Part shown: positions 50,565 through 64,000 of the stretch, piece after piece
How positions within the stretch are numbered: position 1 is the stretch's first letter
Layout of the letters: every line of letters starts with the position of its first letter
Source of the DNA: Takakia lepidozioides
Taxonomy: Eukaryota; Plantae; Bryophyta
DNA: 64,000 bases
Reading direction: 5' to 3'
Assembly (NCBI GenBank): GCA_030704615.1
Contig: CM060731.1
Coordinates: forward strand, 39,990,001-40,054,000
Translations under genes and position numbers: made by a program
The notes under the pieces: generated by a model
What the model was told of the DNA's origin: nothing
Seen by the model: only the letters and a program-made list of their open reading frames with translations
Database searches by the model: none

Positions 50565-51155
50565 CAACGGAACACCCACACTAGCCTGGAGAGTTGCTTA
50601 CAGGCACCACTACTACACCGGTGAAGTCCACTTCAGTCATCTCCAATCAGCAGCAAATTTTACCACAATTTTTACTGCACAATTTACCACAAAGCATGAA
50701 ATGTTTCTGATTTTTTTCTAGAATTGTTTTTTAATTATATATATATTAAAGGGAAATACCTGGGAGCGACACTCCCAAATCAGGCCCCTTAAGAGTGCTG
50801 GTTAGTTTGACAATTGAAAGAAGAAAACAGATATCACTTCCATTCTCGATGTATAATGCTTCCAAGTACACTACCTTCCAAAGACAGAAGAGTGGAGTAG
50901 AAAGATGGTTTACAGACGTCAAGAAAAACATGCCGCCATACAGAGTGCAGGTTACGAGAAACTATTGAGCAACGGATTGGTCACTAGTTCATGGATGAAG
51001 TTTTTCTATCCATTTGGAGCTGTGATATGAAGTTTGCATCCCTGCAGCTGGATAGGTAGGTAGTTAAAATCTAGTAGGTCATAGAATACCGCATATAGCA
51101 CCCCTCCTCAAATCCAGTAGAAACATGCCACATCAGCGAGTCTGCTCTAAAAACT

Positions 51156-51420
51156 GGTTATGGACTATGTGGGAGGCGAGACCGGCTACCGGGTGTAGCC
51201 GGACACCACAAGTGCCGAGACGCGGTAGTGTCCAGGGATTCCCTGATGTCTGGAGACGCCCGGTAGCCGGTCAAGCCTCCCCGTCTACTGGTCTACAGGT
51301 CCATAACCGAGGTTTCTGGACATATTGGCTGGCGGTGTTGGGCTACGTAGGGTGACAGGCCTGTCCGGGACAAATTAAACGCTGCCACGTAGGCAAAAGC
51401 CCTCCAAACCTCGGTTATGG
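51156..51420. repeat. Nested inverted repeats / hairpin (MITE-like)
   Basis: GGTTATGGAC..GGGAGGC..GACCGGCTACCGGGTGT pairs with ACGCCCGGTAGCCGGTC..GCCTCCC..GTCCATAACC. A second stem is CCATAACCGAGGTTT / AAACCTCGGTTATGG. Confidence 0.75.
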
Positions 51421-52075
51421 TAAGCTTAGCGGCCATTCCTCCTCACAAACGACCCATTCCTAAAAGACTTATTTAAGTTACTCACTATCTTGTGCGTCCT
51501 TGCATAACCAAGGTGATCCGGGGTTCAATCCTTCAAAACTCACCCGTGCCTCTGAGAGCAGTAGGCTCTGTAGGACGTTAGAGACACCTAACCTTTAACT
51601 TTCAATCAAATGTATTTGGGTCATGTCACCGGTGAAAAGACCGGTAACTGGTAGCATCATACATTCTCAACAGAAACACGTGGCGTGTGTTTGGGTTTCG
51701 ATGTAATTCATCCTGAAGGAAGATGCAGCCACGTGGAGGACAACCAAGTCCGATTCGGAGCCATGGGCCCCTCCGAGTTTGACACGCGGCGTATCCGGAG
51801 CAACGCAACTCATGTTCTTCACGCTGGAGACGACACGTGATCGTCGTCGTCTTCCAGCGCTCTGCTTCTAGGTCTTTGAGTTCCGGACTCCCTGTGAGCA
51901 GCCTCCACGTTGGCAGCTGCATTCACATGGTGATTGGCGCCCACACATGGCGCTGGTGCCGAGCTTTTATGTCTACTTGCAGGCTGTCTGGCTCGGACTG
52001 TGCTTTTCTGAGAGAAACGCGGGTGTGGATGAGTGCACAACAACAGCTCTGAGGTGATTAGGCCTCCAGGGAGGG

Positions 52076-52110
52076 AAAGCGAAAGAGAAAGAGAAAGAGA
52101 AAGAGAAAGA
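52076..52110 (+). repeat. (GAAAGA)n purine tract just upstream of the DOG1-like ATG
   Basis: About 5 tandem GAAAGA units. Confidence 0.85.
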
Positions 52111-52139
52111 GGTCAAGCTGTTGGAGGTTCTTGGAAGCA

Positions 52140-55100
52140 ATGCACACTCCTCCTCAAGCCGGTCCGAGCGGGAGTCCAGGTAGTGTTAAGATGAAAGAGG
52201 TTTCAGAGATGGATGCAGGTGTGAGCAATGTGGGAAGGATTCAGAATTTCAGTGATCGGTGGTATGAGAACTTCAAGGAGTGTGCGAGATTGCTGAGATC
52301 GGCTCTTAAGATGAAACCAAGTGAGGCTGATTTGCTCACTATGTTGAACGACTGTCTAGCCCGCTACACAGCTTTTGGGGAAGAGAAAGTGGTGTTTGCC
52401 AAAGAGGATCCTGCATTTGTGGCGGCAGGTAGGGTCTCGTAACATAAGATGCTCAACTATCTACCTCGGGTGGGTTTGCCCGATGGTATTCTATTTTTCC
52501 CCTACCTATAATCTTTCTTAGTTGATTATTGTTGATACTTTGCTTCACCACAACTTCTGCACGTAGTTGTGGTTTTTTCATTACTTGTGCTCGCAAGAGT
52601 GTCTTGGTGAGCTCCTTGTTCTGCCCCGCCTTGCGAACGCCAGGGCAAGCAGCCATTGCTTGGGCTCCCATGTTGATTCTCAAACATCTGGGGCTCTGTG
52701 CTTCGGAGCCAATGAATCAATATTGAGGATCTGGCACTTAGGAGATTTAAAATTTGATATCTCGATACTTTCCGGATGTTGCGATGTGATTTACGTTGCC
52801 AATGTCTGCCTTAAGAGAGTGAAGTCATCGGTCAGTGCGTGAGTCTACGTAGCATTTTCATCAGATAGACAGTACTCCTGGTTCATTGAGTACTGTACTC
52901 TGTTCTTTCACTGCGTGTTGTATGGAAGGATGCTGTAGCAATTGACAAGTAAAGGGAGTTTTGGCTGATAGTGTTCTTTCCTGGGTTTCTTCAATTACAA
53001 TACGTGCCAGGTTCGCCATATTCCAGCCTCAGTATTGTTTTCAGCGCGACACTACGTAACTTTGGACGCTGAATCATCTTCCTGAGCATCCCTTGCATTC
53101 ATGCTCAATGTGCATACATCGGGGTGCAGACTTCTGAGAACATTGCCCCTTGCGGTGCCACGACAGCTCTCTGGGGAAGGCTTGCTCATAGGTTGGTTTC
53201 AGGTAGCTGACAATACCAGCTACCTTACACCCATTGGATATTTCAACGCCATTCCAGAGTTGCTAGTGGTACGGTTTGGAGGATCTTTGAAAGGCATATG
53301 TGACTTGTCATTTGCTGCTGTAAGTTAGCTACCCTGATGGCTTTTTCTTTGGGTTAGTATCTTTAGGCATGATATATTTGTGATCACTAGTTTTGTCTCC
53401 CCAATCTTCAGCACCGTTCAAGTCTATGAGGTATGTGTGCGACCTGATTCAGATTATCTGACTGAACCAGTTGATGGTATTGGATTTACATCCCTAGTAG
53501 GTATGGTGAAAATTTGTGTATCTACATCAGCAGATTAGCGCATGTTTTTTTGGGGAACTTCATCCAGACAGTGGGGGAGGCCAGGGTCTGTTACGTGATC
53601 CCCACTTTTCTTGGCGGAGAGCAATGTCTTACCAGTGTAAGTGGATTTGGCCAACACCACACTCATCTACCTAAAACATCTGAGCTACAACACTTTTTAG
53701 GAAAGGCCATCCAGTCTGTCCGTCTGTGAGGAGTAATTTAGGAATGCTTAGCTCTTTTGTGATGTCAATTATGGACTCATGTCAATTAGAGCTTTGAGCT
53801 CCATTGTCCCATGGGCGGTTTTGGGTGAAGTCATAAATATTCTTTCTGACAGTTTTCTTGTCTCATGCATTTGCACGATGACAGGGGGAGGGTGCAACAC
53901 GTTTGAGGGAGCTTTCATGTGGGTTGGAGGCTGGAGACCAACTTCAGCTGTAGTTCTTGCCTACTCAGTGCTGGGCTTTGATGTGGCTACAGCAGCCATG
54001 GCGGAGGGACAGGCTCCAGGCCTGAATGCACTGCATCGGCAGATCAGTGTCATTGAAGAGGATCTGTCAAATCGCATTGCTGTGCTGCAGGTGCTCTTCC
54101 CTGATAGCCTTTCACAGAGATGATTTGCTCAAGTTCTTGGCCAGAGGAATGCTTGGTTCTAGCATATCAGACTGTGTCACCCCTGATGATTGGAAGTGGC
54201 CTTAAACCCAATCATCTCCCTCGCTTTGTGCCACCTGCTTACATTGTAATTTGTTTCCTCTTCTTCCCTTCTTCGTCTTAAGCTAGGAGTTTTTCTTTGG
54301 TTTAACAGTTTGTTTCCGCAGCTCTCTTTTGTTTACTTGCTTGCTGTTTGGACTTCCTACAAATGCAAGAAGTTTCTTGCACATTGTGACGCCTACTGTG
54401 TCCCCTAAGCCCTGTGGGCCTTCCATGCCTTGGCTTTCTTTGATATATTGGGGTTGCTCTCCTGTACCCCATAGGCTCTGTGGGTCTCCTGTGGACTTCT
54501 TGTTCTTCTCTCTGTTATCCTTTGAGCTCTCTGGCTTCCCAAGACATTACATAGTTTTCTTCTTCCCCTTTCTCCCCCTCCTTTGGATGTTACAAGTGTC
54601 TACAATCTTTTCATAGTTCTCTTTCTTGTGTGGATCATCTGCAGTCCTTTGTTTCTAGACCTTAGGGCGTTAAAGTTTGGTTCATTCTTTCCTTTGAAAG
54701 ATACTTATCATTGTCATTGCTTGAGTATGCTCTTCCAGATGTTGGGGACTGATGATGTCATTGACAAGCTTGGATGGACAAATCAACCTGTACCTTCCCT
54801 CAATTTAGACCAAGACCTTACAGTGGTAAGACTGGCATTGGAGCCAAAGCTTGCTGCATTGGCAGATGTCTTGACTCAGGCCGAGCAGCTTCGAGTGCAG
54901 ACACTGAAAGATTTGCTGAATTTGTTGAGCCCCTATCACGCTGTGTGCTGGGTTTTGGCTGCCTTTGAGATAGCGTATTCGATTCGACAACTTGGGCTTG
55001 AGTACTCTCGTGGGAAGTCGGTGGGTGAAAAATCGACAACCCTGCCTAACATGGAACAGCCAGATAGTGGGCACTCAGGTCCCTCTAAACTGGCAGAGTC

Positions 55101-55164
55101 CGCGGGAAATTCAGTAAGTTCACTGAGCACCTCTGAGAAGCATCAAGAAAAAGAGGTACCATAA
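52140..55164 (+). CDS. DOG1-domain protein (DOG1-like/TGA-related), join(52140..52428,53885..54090,54739..55164), 306 aa
   Basis: F..RWY..LRSAL..Y..K...AKED; FEGAFMWVGGWRPT; EEDLS..LQ; L..VL.QAEQLRVQTL..L..LLSP..A. The GT-AG junctions are phase-compatible (phase 1 and phase 0) and give an uninterrupted frame. Confidence 0.88.
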
Positions 55165-58100
55165 TTGCTTCTGCTCTATCACTAATCAAACCTGCTAGAT
55201 TCCTCTCATTCTTCCCCAAGTCCCCCTCTCTCATTCTTGTTCCTTGCACGCGCTATCGCCAGCAACGAACAGAAAGAGTACAAGTTTCTTGTATGCCATT
55301 GTTCATGCATAAGTTTGAGAGCATTGAATGCAGTCACTGACAAGATTTGTATGTTTCAGGATTCCAGAATTACCTAGCAACATTGCTGGTGTGGGTTTAT
55401 CACTGACGTCCGAGAGGTTCCCTTGTACACACGCATTCTGAAATTTCAGAAACTTAGAAGGATTGCACTGGTAACTTGTGAAGCATCGGCATGACTTGGA
55501 AGACAGACCCCCACCAAGAGCATCCCCATCTCCTCCCAACTGTGGGTGAGGGCTTCTTCCTCCTGCAGGGGTGGTAGTTGTGGAACTCTTCCCTTTTGGA
55601 CACCACATTTAGCCATTATGGTGATCTGGAGGAGAATGGTCAGAGCGCATGCAGTTTCTTAGACACAGTCACCCCATCAATTGAACTACGCAATTTACCA
55701 AACCCTATTAAACTAGGAGGTGAGCTTACCAGCCTTTGTAATTACTCTACCAGCAGGTAGTATTTTGGAAGCCATGAAAGCAATAACTTCATATGTGGAG
55801 CAATATAGTATCTTGGTCACAGTCCTGATGTTAGCATATCCATGTTGCAGAGTTTCGTCTTGGAACTCAATCCTGCCACCAGGCTCAGGACAAAAGAAGG
55901 ATGAAGTGGAAGAGTGGATGTTGTCAAATGTCAAAGACTCTGTAGGTCGTTTCCTGGTTCTGCAAATGGACCTTGCGTGTATGTAAAGGAAGTTGCATTT
56001 CTGAACTCGTACTCAGTATTCAACACAACTCATGAACGTTCTTGTTTGGGTCTTCAGAGGACCGACGCTTGTACCTGATCTCTCACAACTGACATTTCAT
56101 TGTTTTCTACAGTTGAACTTTCTATGATATTTCGTTGGTTCCTAGAGATTTCTCCACGTCGCTCTTGATGTCTTCAACTGCAAGGATCAGAGGTATGTTG
56201 AGATATGCTCATGTAAAGATTGAGTACTCTCCAACAACAAGCTGAGCGTTGGGCGAGAAACAAGGGCAGACAACAGTTGCGGAGGCTCTCTCCCCAAGCC
56301 TGCTCTAGAACTGTGTAACTCGGTACTCATTGTACCCCGACCCTTTCCTCCCTCTCTCTCACATTTGACAATACTTCAACAGTAAATGTCAATTGGCAGG
56401 GGATATTGGAAAAGGAATAAGTCCCTCTTTTTTTTTAAAAAGAGAAAAAAAAGAGAAAGAAATGGGTGATCCATTAGTAGACTCATCACTTAAAACCACA
56501 AAGTAGGGAAATCTAGAGAGAAAAAGAGAGCAGAAAATTGACAAGAATAGAATGGACGACTCCTCTCCTTATCCATCCTGCCCTGCAGATTGACAACCTC
56601 AAGTACTGTCAGATGGAAGAGCACGAGACGTGTATAGTGTACACTGCATCAACAGCGTAACATCTTGTCTCACAGATGATTCGAACGTGTCTAGATTCAA
56701 TCCATATGATACATGAGTCTCCAATCCGGTTGTTTCCAGTTTCAGCCTCCAACACTGCCAAACATTTCATGAAAGTGCAGATGCCCCAGTCTTTGAATTC
56801 TACGGAAGTTTGTACGCGGTAAGTAATCAGGTCCCGTTTGAGACGGCAACTAGCAAGTAATCCAGAACCTTAAATGGACAGACGAAAGAGAGGTGATGCA
56901 TGGTTCAATCATGCACTTGCTTGTGTGTGTGGGTGGCAGCTTTCTCACTAACCATGTCTGTCTCTTTGTACCATTTTTGTATATGATTGTCCTGAATGCC
57001 TGTCACTGTGGGAGCCCAATGGCAACCACACCGCGAAATCAGTCACACCAACGTCTAGAGAGAAGAGCTTTGCATGCGGACTTTGGGGTGGGAATTTGAT
57101 CAATCACCTGCAGGCTCGTCTCCCAAGACGAGTTGAAGCTTGAGAGGAAGAATGAGTGGAAGCTTCTGGAAACAACAAACACCTACTTACTGCTCAAAGC
57201 TTTGTTGCGCCAGACAGTGGGACCAAAATTTATAAACCTTGTTTGACTCGGAGATCCACTGCATGTTTCAGAAATTGGAACTACATACCTTTCTGGGTCT
57301 TTTGGCGAAGATCAAGTGTAGTAATGGGTCTCTACATACAGATAACACTACATTTAGTTAGCCTAACTGGATGGCCTGAGCCTGATTAACTCACTATCAT
57401 CATCACCTTCGCTTTTGCAGGCACACAGACAGATAGCATCCATCTGCACCCCAACTCTGCAATGTACTTAACATCAATTTATACTCACTCTCCATCTCTG
57501 TTGATCATCATACTTTATGCTCTGTATGCCTCAATGGCTCATCAATGAAAGGGGTTACTAGTTACTACTTTCCCCCTCCTCAAGAAACTTAGTTTAAAGT
57601 TTATAATTATTCACACACATAATCACTCGTTAAATGGAACTCTCTACAAAAAATACAAAAATATCAAATAAAATAAAAATAAATAAGTGGAATAGGTGAT
57701 GGCCTGCTGGAAGGTTGCTCTGGAATGTGATTTCAAGGGCAATTATAAGGTTTAAAAAATAGAGCACCGATTAGCAGGACGAATACACCTAGAAACATGG
57801 ACGACCAGGATGCGCAAAATGGAGATCTGACGGTAACTAGATGATAATCCGGCGGTGATTAAGGAATTAAAACTGGCGCAGCCGGTCAGGGGCCATGTGG
57901 TAGGGCATTATCCCGTACTTCGGGGTTTGCATTATCCCATATCGATTGCCAGTACATGAATGGAAGCGCAACTATATATATACCGATACGCACGGGGCCC
58001 CCTCTACCTGACAGGGCCTGGCAACCGCAGGGCTCATCAGACTTTTGGACCATCGCCCGCCTCGTCCCAGGCTTTAATATTACCATTTTTAATTCCTGCA

Positions 58101-58700
58101 TGCGGGCCACCCCGCTTTATTGTGCCCCCGCGAAATTCGTCACTAATCACCCAATTATTCACCGTCACTTCCCCCGTGGATGAAATATCAAGGCTTCTGT
58201 GGATGGCACGGAATGTTTCATCTATGACTCGTACGAGGTCTCGAGCTCAAACCTCTCTGGTCTCGCATGATCGCAAGAGGGGGCACAAATAACAATGAGG
58301 GTGGCAGTGGTCAGAGACTATACCGAGCTTACAACGGGCTCTCTGCTCTAGACTAATATACTCCACGCTTTTATTGTATCCTTTGACTTACCCATAATCT
58401 TTTTTTTAGGGTTGACCAAGGAATTCTTGTTCCCAGAATCGTCCCCATGTTTCCAGGTTTAGTTACTAGTATGAACATTATAAAAAATAAAAATAAAGTA
58501 TGAACTGGTTGCTGGGTATAATTTGTAATTAATCTTGGAAAATTGTTGATTAATTTTTCTGGCAGTTTTACTTATTGGAGTTATAACGGATACCGTAATC
58601 AATAAAGTTGGCTTAGTAACCGTCCAGTGAATTTACAGAGCCTACTGGCTAACAATCCAGGAGCCAATGAATATATATATATATGTTGAAGGCACAGTTC

Positions 58701-58768
58701 AAGATTGAACCCAGGATCACCTAGGTTAATTCACAGACAAGGGACATACAACCAACCACTGGGCTACC
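58701..58768 (-). mobile_element. tRNA-derived SINE head relic; related partial copy at ~51507-51531 (+)
   Basis: A-box-like GGTAGCCCAGTGG and B-box-like GGTTCAATC. The sequence ACC(T/A)AGGTGATCC(T/G)GGGTTCAATC occurs at both sites. Confidence 0.5.
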
Positions 58769-60414
58769 TGTGGTGCACTAGGGCAGATTGGGTGTTTATG
58801 GGACTATATATTGACAGTGGATGGGTGACTGTGTGGGTTATGATGGATGGCCCATTAAAGCACGTAGGACAACGCTAAGTATAATTTGATAATAATGCCA
58901 AGAGTTACTATATACATATAATGTAGTGAGCAGTTACGAACACTGCAAAGGAACTGCCTCGTTATGAGACTGGGTACCCACCCATTTAATATGTCAGAAT
59001 TTCCAATCATAATAATAGATTGGAAATACAAAGGAAACCGAAACAAAACTGTCGGATTGGATGAATATGAGGCAGGATAGAATCTGGACAGAGACTGGAG
59101 ACAGTGCAAGCGTGCGAAATGTGCGACTGGACCGCGGACCTACCGCGCGGCCTAAATTAAGCGCGACTGTGGCCATTTTCCCGCCGCAGTTCCTGGCGCC
59201 GTCCGCCTTCGATGAATACCATCTTTCATCCGTCGATCGACTTTCCATCGGGGTAACATGGACGAATGAAACATGGATGTGATATGTGAATGCGAAGAAA
59301 TATAAGGTTGGGAGTAGTGCGGGTGTGGGTGGGTTAAATTCCACCCTCGTCCGGCTGTACTATCTTACCTGCTGTTTACCTACATGGATGTACCTCACAT
59401 TCATTTAGGTGGATGGAAATCGTACATTCACCTTAGATTGTGGATAATTGGCCAGTGGTGTTAGGAGTTACCTATTTAAAAAACGAAATTGAATAATAAT
59501 AATAATGATGATGATATTTGGAAACTGAGAGTTAGTGCCGGGAATGATGGAATCGAAACGGCCGGTCTCATAAAATCCGGCATGAGCCGCCACTTCCTCG
59601 CAGCCGCCTCGTTCTCACATCGTCTCCATTTGAATGTTGAAGGCGAGCTCGGCACAGAGCCTGCACACTCATCTCGTGTGAGTGGCGCTGGTTGAAGGTA
59701 GTTAGAGTTGCTTGTCTTGTCTTCTTGAAAGGATTGACATGACACTAGTGTGTTCATTCATTCCTGGCGGTGAGAGAGAAAGTTCCGCTGGAATTTTTCT
59801 GAGTAGAGTTCAAAGCAATTCATGGTTCGACTTGATGTGTGTTAGAATTCCCGCTCAAGAGAATCTGAACCTGCTGGGCCAGAAGAATGTCCCTCGCTTG
59901 GTGGAATTATCCAGAGCGATGGAGTGATAAGTCTCTTTGTCAGGCAGGGGGAGGGGGAGAGGGAATCGTAGGCATTCAAGACTCAGATAAACAGAGCTGT
60001 ATATAGAATGACAGAAGGAGAGGGAGATGGCAGAGAATTCAGAGAATGGGTCTTGTCCTCCAAAGGCCTTAGAGACTCAGAGAGGGACTTCTGCTAGACT
60101 GACAGTGTGACTGGGAAGGAGAGAAGAAAGAGAAGACAGGCTGTAAATGTTCCTGGACGGTTGCAATATACAGTGGAAAGACAAATAGAAGCAGAGAGGC
60201 TCAAGGGACCGGGGAGACGAGCTCTCGTGAGGGGGAAGGGCGATGCATGTGGACCGCTATCAGAGAGGGCCTGGATAATTACCGAAAGTGGAGAAAGAGG
60301 GCCCTAGTAGTGACAGTTGTAGATGGAGGGGAGTGATAGAGATGTTTTTGCTAGTCTGTGAAGGATTGCTGGTAACGGAATCCAGCCTCTAGTTCTGTCC
60401 GTGAAAGTGGCTAG

Positions 60415-63300
60415 ATGGAGGGTCAGGGTATGAATCCCATTAGAGCAAGGGAGGGGCTACAGTCACCTGCGGGGAGGGAGGACCATAGGCATAGTCAAGG
60501 AAGAAGTCATATCTCTGCTCAGGAAACGCGTGTGCGAAGCCCAGCCTTGGACGTGCCTGATTTTGAGAGCAATACCACCAGCTTCCGCTTTGGAAATGGG
60601 GAGCTGCCTCTTTTCTACCCCAGCCCAATTTTCCGACAAGGTCCATGCAGTGGCACTCCACCCTACTGTGGAGAGATTACAAGCAGGTTTAGTGGTCACC
60701 ACAGGCGTCAACGAAGTGGAGGGCGCTCAGCTACTTTTGAGCTACCAAGTGTGGATAACAGCTTTCGATCAGAGGATAGTCGGGATAGGGAGAGTTTGTC
60801 CTTGTGGGAAGAGAGAGAACATTCTGGACGGGGAAGCCGACGAGTTCCTAGAGTCCTTTGTACCGACTCAGACAGTCAGTATGGGGTCACAACAGATGAG
60901 GGTGTTCCCTATGACACCGTTAGCAGCCAAGATCAACAGCCTTCTTTGAGGAGGGACTGTGGCTCAAAAATGAATGCGGGAGTTCGCCCTGAATTTGTCA
61001 GCTGTAAGCAGAGTAGTCCATCGCCTTGGAGGGACTTGGTAAGCCGCAGTTCTAAGACATATGAAAAACAGTCCGAAAGTGAAAATCAAGCAACTGAGTC
61101 TCCCTGGAGGGAGTTTGCAAGTCGTAGGTGTAAGCCTGGCGAGCCTCTACCCAACCACAATGTCAAGCCTTGGTGTGGCAACGATTCTCCGAAGAAGTCT
61201 ATGACCGAGGAGCTGGAGCCCAGCTACTCTCCCGCTTTAGCTTCCAGAAAATTCCGCCAATGTGTCAGTGGAGAGCTTGGAATAATGCCACCACCAAAAT
61301 ATACGGGTTTGAAGTTGGGCCGGGAAGAAAGGAACTTGGACAAACGCAGCCAGCAGCCAGAACCTGATGTGGAGAGGGTGGCTTGTTATACCCACCATGC
61401 AGACAGCATTTGGGTGCGCTCTGCAGCCGCTACCTGGGACAGCCACAACAACTCAGCCGAGCACACCCATGCACGGTCCCCTCCTGCAATGCCATCTATT
61501 TGGGCTGACGCTCCTGGAAAACCAAAAACAATTGCAGCGGCTGCAGAGAAAGCACTGGCAAGAAAGCTTTCAAGAGAAGGTATGGAGAGACATTCCTTCC
61601 CAGACAGTAGTCTCGTCTCCTCGCCAAATTCTGAGCCAAGAGTTCAAAGCCCCGGGGGAATCCTGGCAATTAGGGAGGGGTATCGGGACCCCAGTTTTCA
61701 AAGCAGCGACCGGTACAATGCAAGGGCAGATTCAAAGGAGACAAGTCTGGGACCAAGGTCCAGTGGGACACTCAGTACCCAATTAGATAGAGAGGCACAA
61801 ATCGATCTGGTGGCACCGGCTGCGGCAAAATTTCTAGCAGACAACTGTTTTTCTCCTGTGCACGGCTCGAAGACCTCAGCGGCTGTGCCTTTCAATTGGG
61901 AGGAAGCTCCAGGCAAGCCCAAGGCAGTAGTAGCGGCTCCCAAGGCTCACACTCTCCAGCTGCCCCCCCGGCTCGCTACCCCACCTCCAAGGTTAGAGAG
62001 TCAGTCACAAGAGCCTCGAGCCTCGAGCTTCGAGTGTACTACTCTTGCAAAGTCTCATGCATCGTCAAAGCATTTGCCTCCCAAGGTCCCTATTTTTCCC
62101 GCACGACCGCTGGGAGATTCTACCCGATCCTCACAGCTGAGGAATTTCCGGCAGATCTTGGCTAGTTCCTGCAGTTCCAGCCCTTCGGAGGGATGCATGA
62201 TCAAAACTAAAGCTGTTACCCACTCTCCTCTCGGGAAGAACTCCCGGGCTTTTTCTGGCCCAGTTTCTGGCACACCTTCGGATGCAGCACCTCGAAGACT
62301 TCATAGCTCAGAGCTCTCACCGCATCATCCCTGGATGCATAGGGGAAAGCAAGGAATTTCTGGTACTCCATCGTCTCCCACGAGTATTTTTTCTGGTCCA
62401 GATGCGGACAGTCAGACATCAGCCTCCAATCCCTCTTCAAATTCTGCCCCGGATACTCCTTGCCCCTTCACACGTCCAGCTACTCCTTCCCCTGCCCATC
62501 ACCCGAAATTGTGCCCCTGTGCATCGTGCGAGTATCTTGATCAAGATTATGAGGAGAGTGCAAGTCCTATTTTCAGCCTTCCTCCAGATTTTGACGTGCA
62601 CCACCAATCAGATTCAGGCACATCCTTTTACCACTCCCCCTACGGAGATCTGGGCCCAACTAAGGCAGACTACTCAGGGAAGGATGCTAATCATGGTGCT
62701 GGAGGCGCTTCTGAGGGTGTAAAAGCCCTCATCAAGCTGTGCAGGAACAAGAGCCGCTTGGGGAAGCCTAAAAGTCGTCAGAGACTTGGGACAATTTACA
62801 GTCCAGAGGTGTGGGCGCCCACTCTTGCTACTTATTTCCAGTGTCTCGAGCTCAGTCAGGCAGCAACCTCTAGTGGACATCTTGACAGCTATGGGGCAGT
62901 ACCTGGAAATTGTACTGGATCAGAGCCTGCGAGTGTTGAGTCAAGTCCCATGCTATCTCCACAAGGTCCCAGCAGGCTGCCTTACACGATGCCCACTATT
63001 GCTGAACAAGAATTGGCAGCCAGGAGTTGTTTCAAGCCTCCAAATCCAGATTTTACTGCACGGCTAGGAAACATGTTCTCACCTACAGGATGTACCCCAA
63101 GGGATGTTCATCGCTCTGGGTCCACTACCCCTTCCCGGCTGGAGGATATGCGTCCATCACCAGCTTACACAGCTACCTTGGATTTGCTCTCTCCTGCTGT
63201 GGGCATGATCCCGAAAAGGAAGAAGGTGCCTACTGTGAAGCTGAAGGTGCCCAGTTTCAGGTGGCGAGGTTCAAAAATACGCAGAAGAGTTCGCTACATT
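60415..63300 (+). CDS. Ser/Pro-rich DUF688-family protein, first exon (likely continues beyond a GT donor at 63301)
   Basis: 974-codon open frame with AAVPFNWEEAPGKPK..LQLPPRL (DUF688 signature) and a second degenerate copy MPSIWADAPGKPK; ATT|GTAAGT donor consensus near its end. Confidence 0.8.
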
Positions 63301-64000
63301 GTAAGTACAATGTTCCTGTCAGTCTCCCTGAACTTCTGATTGACACAAGAGTAGGTCCAGCTAGGGAAATGGAAGACGACTTCCACTGTGAAAAGTTTGG
63401 TGGCCACGTTTTAGGCATAGCACCAGGAGAGCAAAGCTTGTGGGGCTTGTAGGGCACCACTATATACATTTCAAGGGGTTATTCCTCATGACATCTGGAA
63501 TGTACTGAACCACATGCCCAATTGTGTGTTTGAATATAGGTGTCGCTGTGTAAAGCTTTCAAGGGTGTTCTCATCAGGGGAGCCAGGCAATGTTGTAGTA
63601 AGGCAATGGTGGAGCCCAAGCTGCTCCACCATGATGACTACACTCTCACTGAAGCAGACTTCCGTTTCTGTAAGGTATGGTCTCACCCTTTGACTGCTGG
63701 ATTGGCTCCAGTGGCTCAGTAGTATTAGATTTCAAGACCGCAACAGGGCCCTAGTGGTCTGGTCATTTTCTCTTTTCTTTCATTTGCCCCATGAACTCAT
63801 TGAGTTCCTATGGATATGTAAAGTTTTCTCTTTCTGCAAGATGCCTTCAACTGCGAATCTCTTGATGAAAAGTTATCTTGGGCTGCTTGTGGAGGGCCCC
63901 ACCTTCCTTCTTGTTTTGCTGCTTTCTTTTTGTCCCATCACCTCCTTCAGCTTCCTGTGGGTCAAATTATGAAGTCTCTTTCTTTCTTTCTTTTTTTCTC

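Noticed and set aside
55303-55986. Short ORFs downstream of the DOG1-like gene
   Set aside because: No recognisable motifs; could be UTR or intergenic DNA.
58701-58768. Functional tRNA gene
   Set aside because: A/B-box-like motifs are present but there is no cloverleaf; treated as a SINE relic.
60440-63469. Numerous overlapping alternative-frame and antisense ORFs within the DUF688 exon and the TE genes
   Set aside because: These are shadow ORFs of real coding sequence with no independent motifs.

Overview
Eukaryotic, non-seed land-plant-like (bryophyte/lycophyte-like; inferred) genomic DNA. About 50 kb is nested, mostly decayed transposable elements, followed by two apparently intact host genes: a 3-exon DOG1-domain gene (52140-55164) and the first large exon of a DUF688-family gene (60415-63300). 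The TE nest contains Copia and CACTA relics, a 940-bp non-autonomous CACTA, and a large inverted duplication (foldback) carrying a CYP703-like P450 fragment. One arm of the foldback holds a hAT element, which is split by a 14.2-kb TSD-bounded Dualen/RandI-type LINE. A deleted chromoviral Ty3/Gypsy element lies at the arm's outer edge. Two systems stand out. (1) The LINE reads 2A-like peptide, APE endonuclease, RT, chromodomain-like segment, PCIF1/CAPAM-like adenine methyltransferase-like domain, RNase H, Zn finger, restriction-like endonuclease. It ends in a covarying structured 3' RNA shared with a second, divergent truncated copy. (2) A GCM-MULE-SWIM (Mutator-like) transposase gene is paired divergently with an intron-containing ParB-like plus beta-class amino-(N6A/N4C) DNA methyltransferase gene. 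The non-coding segments of that gene hold about 9 copies of a 24-bp palindrome. Both systems are pseudogenised in this copy. All domain calls come from motif recognition by eye, not database searches.
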